NCBI GenBank assembly: GCA_031366795.1
Contig: JANLOX010000202.1
Location: 1-21,031 of the forward strand
Length of the DNA stretch: 21,031 nucleotides
Reading direction: 5' to 3'
Origin: Candidatus Eiseniibacteriota bacterium
Lineage (GTDB): Bacteria > Eisenbacteria > RBG-16-71-46
Shown here: in pieces, positions 1 through 6,752 of the stretch
Position numbering within the stretch: position 1 is the first letter of the stretch
How the letters are laid out: each line of letters begins with the position of its first letter
Position numbers and translations under genes: made by a program
Notes under the pieces: generated by a model
What the model was told of the DNA's origin: nothing
Database searches by the model: none
The model's input: the letters and a program-made list of their open reading frames with translations, nothing else

Positions 1-1
1 G

Positions 2-220
2 ATTGAAGACCCCATCCATCTCGAAGCAGGTAGCGTGATCTTGCTGTGCACCGACGGCCTCACGAACATGATCGAGGATCACGAGCTGCAGGAGATCCTC
101 TCGAGCGAGCCGCCCGCCGAGGCCGCCGAGACGCTGATCGAACTCGCCCGCGAACGCGGTGGCCCTGACAACATCACGGTCGTCGTGGCGCGGCTCGATG
201 CGGGTTCAGCGGCCGCATAG
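2..220 (+). CDS. PP2C-family Ser/Thr protein phosphatase (Stp1/PrpC-like), 3' part; 5' end outside the window
   Basis: Frame is open from base 2: IEDPIHLEAGSVILLCTDGLTNM...ARERGGPDNITVVV. LLCTDGL and GGxDNITV are the PP2C metal-binding motifs. Confidence 0.93.
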   Translation: MEDPIHLEAGSVILLCTDGLTNMIEDHELQEILSSEPPAEAAETLIELARERGGPDNITVVVARLDAGSAAA

Positions 221-264
221 CACAGTCTTAAGAGCGCGACGCACGTGACCTGATGATCGCGTGA

Positions 265-570
265 GTCCCAACGACAAGGGCTGCCGGGGCACATGTCCTT
301 TACGCCAAGGACATGGACCGTGTCGCGGCGTTCTACTCCGCGGTGCTCGGCGTAGAGACCCCGCCGCGTGACGATGAGCATGTCATGCTCGAGTCGCCCG
401 CGTTTCAGCTGGCCGTGCTGCGGATGCCCAGTCATATCGCCGCGACGATCGAGATCGAGAAGCCTCCGTTGCGGCGGGCGGACGTTGCGATCAAGCTGGT
501 GTTCTTCGTCCCAAGTATCGCAGGGGCGCGCGCTTCTGCCGAGGCGAGCGGGGGCGCCCCCAACGCCCTG
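265..570 (+). pseudogene. VOC/glyoxalase-family gene fragment, probably decayed
   Basis: Frame +1 reads AAGAHVLYAKDMDRVAAFYSAVLG...AIKLVFFVPSIAGARASAEASGG, matching the VOC pattern 'D+xx+xxFYxxVLG ... +xFxVxx+'. The conserved N-terminal strand lies upstream of the first ATG (313) with an in-frame TGA at 262. The nearby GTG at 261 is out of frame. The expected C-terminal DPEGN motif is absent. Confidence 0.6.
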
Positions 571-702
571 CGCTCGGCCCCGCTGGTCACCCGGCCGAGG
601 GACCCGGTACTCGGTGGTCCCCGGCGGCATCGCGGCGGTACACTTCCGTTCGATCCAACCATCGTTCAACAAACCGTTGCTGATCGTGGACGACACGCGG
701 CG

Positions 703-795
703 CGCAATGGGCAGGACATCGCGAGCGGCATCGACCTGTTCACGGAGGAAGCGCGCGAAGGCTCGCAGCGCAGCAAGTTCGTGATCTTTCGCTGA
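703..795 (+). pseudogene. Remnant of a C-terminal FlgD-Ig/T9SS-type sorting domain of a secreted protein
   Basis: RNGQDIASGIDLFTEEAREGSQRSKFVIFR-stop resembles the family ending NGxxVASGIYxxx+...GKFVIIR. No matching upstream gene body is present. Confidence 0.55.
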
Positions 796-797
796 AG

Positions 798-2444
798 TCA
801 TGGCGCGATGGACGCGTTGCGCCAGTAGCCCACCCAACTCCATAGCGGCACGAGCATCGGCGCCGCCATCATGCCGCCGCCGAAGCCGATCATCCGCTTC
901 GTCACCATGTTTGCGGGGACGATGGGTGTGTTCCGCAGCGCGGCGTAGTCGATGCGTAGTCGCGATCGCGCGGCGAGAGCCGCGATGGCCTGCGCCAGCG
1001 CGTCGGCGCGCTTCGCGGCGGTCGCCCTGCCGAGGGCATTCCTGATCAGTGGCGCGGCAGCGTCCGCGGAATCGGGCCGCACTCGCCGCGCGAGCACGCG
1101 GAACACCGAGTAGCCCTCGGGCAGGGGTACGGGTCCGATCAGCGTGTCGCCGGCTGACAGCAGTGCGGTCATGCCGAGGCGGGGATGCGCCGCGACGCCA
1201 AAGAACCCGGAGCGCCCGCCGCGCGCGCTCCATTCCATGCGGCGTGTCTCGCGCGAGGCGAGCGAATCTAAGTTCGCCCCGGCCTCGAGCCGCGCGCGCT
1301 CCAGCAGGGCGCGTGCGCGCGTTTCGCTCAGCACTTCGGCGACGTCGACCTCAAACAGATCGCGAGCGCGCTCAGGCTGCTCGCGCGCCAGCCAGCGGAT
1401 CGCTTCATCACGGCTGGCGGCGGGGGAGGACGCGGCGCGCTCCAGCATCAACTCGGCGAGCCAGGCGGTGGTCCAGCGATCCACCTCGCCGACGACCTCG
1501 GGATCGTTCGCCAGCCCGCGCCGCAGCGCCTCGCGCGTCATTTGCTCGCCTTCCACCATCTCCTTGAGTCGCGCGCTCAGTTCCGCGGCAAAGTCGCGGC
1601 GGGCGCGCGCGTGAAGAGTGAAGGGGTAGAACCGCATCGTGCCGATGCAGTCGCCCAGCGTCATGTCGCCATCGCTCATGCGCACCAACGGTCGATCGAG
1701 CGTTGCACCCAGTCGCTCGAGCAGCAGGTCGGCGAATTCGCCCGCGCCCATCGACGTGCTCCCCGACTCGCGGGTCGTGGTGGCCATCAAGGTGCGTAGC
1801 GTGTCGGCGAGCATCAGCAACGATACGGAATCCACGGTGGCGCGCCGGCCCACGAGCGTCTGCTCCATGAACGAGCGCGCCCGCACCCCGGTCGAGAGTT
1901 GCCGCAGCGAGTCGGCGACGACGCGCCGCAAAGCCGCGGTGCGCAGCGCCGAGCGCCCCGGGGTGCGCGCGATCATGGCGCGCGAGATCCCCGCAGCCGT
2001 GGGATCCGCCCCGCCGCGCGCAATGTCGTGGTAGAGCGCGTCGCGCACCAGCGTCTTGCGCAGCGCTTCGCGCGTTCGCACGAGGCGGTTGGACTGATCG
2101 AGCCCCTCGCGCCGCGCCTGCTCCGCGAGCAATTGCTCAGCGACGAGTGACTCGAGCGCCTTGACGCGCGCCGAGTCGAGACTGGCGTTCCCATGCTTCA
2201 CAGGCCACGGCATCAACTCGATGCGTCGTCGCAGGTCGTCGGCGGTGATGGCGTGGCCGTCGACCCAGGCGAGCGTATCGCCGTTCGCGGATACGCTGCG
2301 CGGCGACGGAAGCGACGCTGGCCGCGCGGCGTGAACGCGCGCCCGGGGTGCCGCGATAGCGCGGGCGCTCATCAGCGCGCTGAGCGCAATCCCCAGCCAC
2401 ACGAACCATTGGTTGACTCGGGCAGGGCGCGGGAGGGTGATCAT
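798..2444 (-). CDS. SurA/PrsA-like periplasmic foldase with degenerate PpiC (parvulin) domain
   Basis: Start taken at ATG 2444 because a signal-like segment follows (WFVWLGIALSALMSARAIAA); the ORF track extends to 2585. SurA-N-like motifs LAWVDGHAITADDL...LESLVAEQLLAEQARREGLD, repeated as LKEMVEGEQMTREALRRGL. Rotamase-like GANLDSLA...SARGGRSGFF...IGPVPLPEGYSVFRV. Confidence 0.8.
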   Translation of the reverse strand: MITLPRPARVNQWFVWLGIALSALMSARAIAAPRARVHAARPASLPSPRSVSANGDTLAWVDGHAITADDLRRRIELMPWPVKHGNASLDSARVKALESLVAEQLLAEQARREGLDQSNRLVRTREALRKTLVRDALYHDIARGGADPTAAGISRAMIARTPGRSALRTAALRRVVADSLRQLSTGVRARSFMEQTLVGRRATVDSVSLLMLADTLRTLMATTTRESGSTSMGAGEFADLLLERLGATLDRPLVRMSDGDMTLGDCIGTMRFYPFTLHARARRDFAAELSARLKEMVEGEQMTREALRRGLANDPEVVGEVDRWTTAWLAELMLERAASSPAASRDEAIRWLAREQPERARDLFEVDVAEVLSETRARALLERARLEAGANLDSLASRETRRMEWSARGGRSGFFGVAAHPRLGMTALLSAGDTLIGPVPLPEGYSVFRVLARRVRPDSADAAAPLIRNALGRATAAKRADALAQAIAALAARSRLRIDYAALRNTPIVPANMVTKRMIGFGGGMMAAPMLVPLWSWVGYWRNASIAP

Positions 2445-2726
2445 CGGGTCCACATTACCCAGCGGTGGCAAATTCCTGAAAGCTGTCCGCCATTTCGACC
2501 ATTTTACGGATCGGGCAACAATCGTGATCGCTCCAGCGGATCGAGGCGCGGTCCGGTCGAGCCCGAATGCCGTCAGTTTAATCATCGCGGCAGCAGAAGT
2601 CTCACGTTCAGCTCGCAGCGCAACTCACTGCGAACATGACAACTGTGAAGCAGTCCGTCCGCGGGAAGGGGATCGCTCCTGTGGGACCTTGTTTAGGGGG
2701 GGGCTTCACAATCCGCCCACCCGGAA

Positions 2727-2741
2727 TGGCCCAGGGCTTGC
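2727..2741 (+). promoter_or_regulatory. Candidate sigma54 (-24/-12) promoter
   Basis: TGGCCCAGGGCTTGC versus consensus TGGCACGNNNNTTGC, with exact GG-N10-GC spacing. It lies upstream of an operon encoding a sigma54-dependent activator. Confidence 0.45.
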
Positions 2742-2875
2742 GGAGGTCGGTGGGCTCTCCGTCCTCATATCCGGGTGGGTGCCTGCCGATGAATCCCAAG
2801 GCAGCCTTCGGACTTGCCACAACCGACGTCGTTCACGACACGCCAAGATCTCGTAAATTGTTATGAGACCTATGC

Positions 2876-2905
2876 TTGACTCGATGCCGCATGCCTCCAT
2901 ACAAT
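2876..2905 (+). promoter_or_regulatory. Candidate sigma70 promoter for the EPS operon
   Basis: TTGACT (2876-2881), 18-bp spacer, TACAAT (2900-2905): 5/6 matches to each consensus hexamer. An AT-rich tract precedes it in otherwise GC-rich DNA. Confidence 0.6.
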
Positions 2906-3080
2906 CCTAGTCACTCGCTCACACACGCGACGACATCCCCCCTGGGGCCGCTTCGTGTGCCCGCAACGGCTTCCAACCTTGCGTTCCGGGCGCGCGGCGT
3001 CTGCCCAGGTCACTGCACATCCAAGGCATCCGCTGCGGTTTCGGGTGGGGGGCTTGCTATGGGCGGCGGTCAGTAGCCCT

Positions 3081-5768
3081 ATGGGAATCAAACGCACTCC
3101 TCGTTACCTGATGCTGGCGGTGGGCTACTCGCTCATCGTCAATTTCTCGTATGTCGCGGCGTTGCTGTTGCGTTTCGACAACCACATCCCGGCGCGCTAC
3201 ATCGACGGCTACTTCCGCGTCGCCCCGATCTACACGCTGCTCTCGCTGGGCGGCTTCCTGCTGGCGGGGTTGTTCCACGGGTTGTGGCGCTACGCCAGCA
3301 CGGTGACGGCGTTCCAGGTGTTCAAGGGCGTCACGCTCTCGGCGATCGGCATGGGGTTGATCACGCTGTTCACCCCGGATCCGCTGTTCCCGCGCAGCAC
3401 CATCGTCATGGTGTGGCTGGTGCAGTTCGTGGCGCTGGGAGGGATCCGCTTCGGCTGGCGGCTGTCGCGTGAACGCCTGCTCGGTGGTTCCACGCCGCGG
3501 CGCTCGCTACGCACGTTGGTCGTGGGCGCTGACCATACGGGCGTCCACTTGATCCAGGAAATGCGCCGCTCGGAAGGGCCCGAGCATCTCACGCCCATTG
3601 GTTTCATCGACGACGAGCCGCGGTTCACCGGCCATCTCGTTGAGGGCGTGCCTGTGTTGGGCACGATCGCCGACTTGCCGCGTGTGCTCCAGGAGCGCCG
3701 CGTCGAGATTGTCGTGGTCTCGGATCCCTCAATGCCCGCGAAGGTGGTACGCGAGATCGCCAGCTTCTGCTCGCATGCGCGCGTGCGCGTGAAGACGCTG
3801 CCCGGCCTCTCGGATCTTCAATCGGGCCGCCCGGCGCTCTCCCAGATGCGCGACATCCGCATCGAGGACCTGCTGGGCCGCCAGCCGGTCGAGCTCGACA
3901 TGAACCAGATGCGCGACTTCCTGCGCGGCAAGCGCGTGCTCGTCACGGGCGCCGGTGGTTCCATCGGTTCTGAACTGGCGCGCCAGATCGCCAGCTTCGA
4001 GCCGGCGGAACTGGTGCTCCTCGATCACGCCGAGAACGGCCTGTACTTCGTCCACCACGAAGTCGCGGCGCAGCATCCCGTGCTCAAGTTGTTCCCGGTC
4101 GTGGCGGACATGAAGGACCGCGAGGGAATCGACCTCGCCTTCAACCGCTTCCGCCCCGAGGTCGTGTTCCACGCCGCGGCGCACAAGCACGTGCCGCTGC
4201 TCGAGGCGAATCCGCGCGAGGCAGTGCTCAACAATATCGTGGGCACGCGCAACCTCGTCGATGCGGCGGACCGCTCCGGCGTGTCGCGTTTCGTGCTGAT
4301 CTCGACCGACAAGGCCGTCAACCCGACGAGCGTGATGGGCGCCTCCAAGCGCGTGTGCGAAATCATGCTGCAGAGCCGCGCGCAGCGTAGCCGCACCTGC
4401 TTCGTGGCGGTGCGCTTCGGCAACGTGCTCGGCAGCGACGGCTCGGTGATCCCGCTGTTCCAGCGCCAGATCGCGCGCGGCGGCCCGATCACCGTCACGC
4501 ACCCGGAGACGCGGCGCTATTTCATGACCATCCCCGAGGCGGTGCGGCTCGTGCTGCAGGCGGGTGCGATCGGCAAGGGCGGCGAAGTGCTGCTGCTCGA
4601 CATGGGCGAGCAGGTGCGCATCGTCGACCTTGCGCGCCAGCTGATTCGCATGTCGGGGCTGCGCGAGGGCGAGGACATCGAGATCCGCTTCACCGGCCTG
4701 CGCCCGGGCGAAAAGCTCTACGAGGAGCTGCATTCGGCCGCCGAGCGCACGCGCATGACGCGCCACGAGCGCATCCTGGCGTGGGACCTCGACGTGCAGG
4801 AAGAGTCCGTTGTGCGCCGCGAAGTCTCGGAACTCGAAGCACTCGCACAGGAGGGCAACCCGGATGCGGTGCGGCGCCAGCTGCAGCGCATCGTGCCCGA
4901 GTACCGTGAGCCGGTTCACGATCCGTTCGAGCCCGTCACCTCGCCACCCGAATCGCCGGTCGTCGAACTGCCCGGCTCGCCGCAGGAGCCCACGGTAGTG
5001 CCGGTGCGCTGGCGATTGACGCCGCGTCGTCTGACCGAGGCGGGCGCGGCGGCGGTAATGCTTGCCCTGTCGTCGCCGTTGTGGCTGGCGTTGTGGATCG
5101 AGACACGCGTGTTCGGCAACCAGGGATTGTTCATCCGCGAACTGCGCATGGGCCGTTCGCGCCGGCGCAACCCGCGCCGCGCGCGGCGATCGTCGATCTC
5201 GATCGACCGCCGGAGCATCGAGCGGCGCACCCAGGACCTGCTCGGCATTCCACTGCAGTGCGCGCGATTCAACACCGCTGTGGGCCCACTGGGCCGCTGG
5301 GTCGAGCGGCGCGGGCTCGATGCCCTGCCGTTCCTGTTGAACGTGATACGATGCGAGATGGCGTTGGTGGGGCCGCGGCCCGAGACGGAGCAGTACGTGA
5401 TGCGCTGGAAGCACGTGGTGCCGGACTACGACCGCCGCTTCACCGTGCTGCCTGGCCTGACCGGTCTGGCGCAGGTGTCGGGCTACGCCGATGTCGAGCC
5501 GCGGGGTATTGCCCGGCGCGCCCAGTATGACCTGTATTACGTCGATCACCGTTCGATTGTTCTGGATGTGCGCACGCTGGCGTGGGGTTTCATGGTGTTG
5601 CTGCGCGGTGCACCCGCGCGGCGCCCCGGTCCTGCGGCGGCAGAGCGGGCTGAACCGGTCGTGGGATTAAGCGTGGTGGGGCCTGAGTCGGCGAATGGGA
5701 GCAACATGGATGGTCAGTCCCCGGCGTACGGGGTGACAAACACCAAAGTCAAAGGAGTGACGCAATGA
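3081..5768 (+). CDS. CapD/PglF/WbpM-type UDP-GlcNAc 4,6-dehydratase fused to a C-terminal degenerate sugar (phosphoglycosyl) transferase domain
   Basis: Four N-terminal TM segments with GLWRYAS, Rossmann-like linker (IGFIDD...GVPVLG), IEDLLGR, VTGAGGSIGSE, VFHAAAHKHVP, ISTDKAVNPTSVMGASK, VRFGNVLGS, GLRPGEKLYEEL. After a Pro-rich linker comes a PGT-like domain (EMALVGPRPE, PGLTGLAQV, YDLYY). Start at ATG 3081 is inferred; the ORF is open from 2955. Confidence 0.93.
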   Translation: MGIKRTPRYLMLAVGYSLIVNFSYVAALLLRFDNHIPARYIDGYFRVAPIYTLLSLGGFLLAGLFHGLWRYASTVTAFQVFKGVTLSAIGMGLITLFTPDPLFPRSTIVMVWLVQFVALGGIRFGWRLSRERLLGGSTPRRSLRTLVVGADHTGVHLIQEMRRSEGPEHLTPIGFIDDEPRFTGHLVEGVPVLGTIADLPRVLQERRVEIVVVSDPSMPAKVVREIASFCSHARVRVKTLPGLSDLQSGRPALSQMRDIRIEDLLGRQPVELDMNQMRDFLRGKRVLVTGAGGSIGSELARQIASFEPAELVLLDHAENGLYFVHHEVAAQHPVLKLFPVVADMKDREGIDLAFNRFRPEVVFHAAAHKHVPLLEANPREAVLNNIVGTRNLVDAADRSGVSRFVLISTDKAVNPTSVMGASKRVCEIMLQSRAQRSRTCFVAVRFGNVLGSDGSVIPLFQRQIARGGPITVTHPETRRYFMTIPEAVRLVLQAGAIGKGGEVLLLDMGEQVRIVDLARQLIRMSGLREGEDIEIRFTGLRPGEKLYEELHSAAERTRMTRHERILAWDLDVQEESVVRREVSELEALAQEGNPDAVRRQLQRIVPEYREPVHDPFEPVTSPPESPVVELPGSPQEPTVVPVRWRLTPRRLTEAGAAAVMLALSSPLWLALWIETRVFGNQGLFIRELRMGRSRRRNPRRARRSSISIDRRSIERRTQDLLGIPLQCARFNTAVGPLGRWVERRGLDALPFLLNVIRCEMALVGPRPETEQYVMRWKHVVPDYDRRFTVLPGLTGLAQVSGYADVEPRGIARRAQYDLYYVDHRSIVLDVRTLAWGFMVLLRGAPARRPGPAAAERAEPVVGLSVVGPESANGSNMDGQSPAYGVTNTKVKGVTQ

Positions 5769-6748
5769 TTCGTCGACTGACTCGCGCGCGTGGACTCGTT
5801 CACGCCTGCGCCTTACTGGCAGTGCTGGGTGCCCTGCCTGGTCTCGCTCAGGCGCAGGCCGCGACCGGAACGCCGGCGGAATATGTCATCGGTAATGGTG
5901 ACCAGCTGCAGGTCGCCGTGTGGGGCCATCCCGAGATCGACCGTGCGCTCGAGGTCGACACCCAGGGCAACGTGCTGCTGCCGCCGGTCGGCGAGATCAA
6001 GGCCGGTGGGCTCACCACCCGCCAGCTGTCGGACCGCATCGCGGACCGGCTCTCAACCTACTTGCGCCAGGGTTCGGCCACCGTCACCGTGACCGTGCGC
6101 GACTACGTGAGCCAAAGCGTGTTCGTCTCAGGCGCCGTCGCACGGCCGGGACGCTATGGGGCACCGACGCCGCCTTCAGTGTACGACGCCATCAACATGG
6201 CCGGCGGCGCGCTCGCCAACGGCGACTTGTCCAGAGTCACGATCAACCGCCGCACGGGTCCGGGCGCGCGGCAGGTCATCGTCGATGTCGCCGCGGCGAT
6301 GCGCGATGGCACCGAAGCACAGCTGCCGCAGCTGCGTCCGGGCGATACCATTGTGGTGCCGACCTCGATCAGCCTCGTCGGCGGCACGGGCAACGGTCAG
6401 GGCGTCGGCGTGCTGGGCGACGTGGGACAGCCTGGCCTTTATCCGGTGGGACCGGGCGAAGACCTGTGGGTGGCGCTGGCGCTCGCCGGCGGCCCGCACA
6501 CCTCGAGTAATCTCGCGACGATTCGCGTATTGACGAACGAACAGTCGGGACCGACCGTGGTCACCGTGAATCTCGAAGAGACCCTGCAGCGTGGCAACAA
6601 ACAGCCGTACATGATCAAGCCGGGGGACATCATCTTCGTCGACCAGAAGGGCGCTTCGTTGTGGGGGCGCGTGCTCCAGTTGCTGTCCACCACGCGGGAC
6701 GTGGCGAATCTGGTCGCGGTCGTCAAAGTCCTGCAGAATACTCGATAA
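5765..6748 (+). CDS. Wza-like polysaccharide export (OPX) protein with two SLBB domains
   Basis: Signal peptide ending AQA. Poly_export motif YVIGNGDQLQVAVWGHPE...GNVLLPPVGEIKAGGLT. SLBB motifs VFVSGAVARPGRY...AINMAGG...LRPGDTIVVP and VLGDVGQPGLY...ALAGG...IKPGDIIFV. ATGA overlap with the upstream gene. Confidence 0.92.
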   Translation: MIRRLTRARGLVHACALLAVLGALPGLAQAQAATGTPAEYVIGNGDQLQVAVWGHPEIDRALEVDTQGNVLLPPVGEIKAGGLTTRQLSDRIADRLSTYLRQGSATVTVTVRDYVSQSVFVSGAVARPGRYGAPTPPSVYDAINMAGGALANGDLSRVTINRRTGPGARQVIVDVAAAMRDGTEAQLPQLRPGDTIVVPTSISLVGGTGNGQGVGVLGDVGQPGLYPVGPGEDLWVALALAGGPHTSSNLATIRVLTNEQSGPTVVTVNLEETLQRGNKQPYMIKPGDIIFVDQKGASLWGRVLQLLSTTRDVANLVAVVKVLQNTR

Positions 6749-6752
6749 GGTT

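Noticed and set aside
79..1233. 384-aa minus-strand ORF
   Set aside because: Arg/Ala-rich, overlaps the PP2C, VOC remnant and foldase in other frames; no family signal.
2467..2492. GGCAAA...GAAA resembling a c-di-GMP-I riboswitch
   Set aside because: The flanks of GAAA do not pair, and the GACGCAAAGC element and second stem are absent.
3043..3058. Second GG-N10-GC (GGGTGGGGGGCTTGCT) sigma54-like site
   Set aside because: The -24 element lacks TGGC and lies in a G-run, so a chance match is likely.
3065..3076. GGCGGTCAGTAG resembling an ops/JUMPstart element
   Set aside because: Not the GGCGGTAG core (one-base insertion) and no JUMPstart context.
2413..3097. Several 64-147 aa ORFs in the intergenic region
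   Set aside because: No clear RBS or motifs, mutually overlapping, and they coincide with promoter-like and hairpin sequence.
3729..5549. 606-aa antisense ORF (and similar ones at 6768-7856, 10962-12266, 15370-16545, 18242-19348, 19451-20467)
   Set aside because: Shadow ORFs opposite well-supported genes, expected from high-GC codon bias; no motifs recognised.
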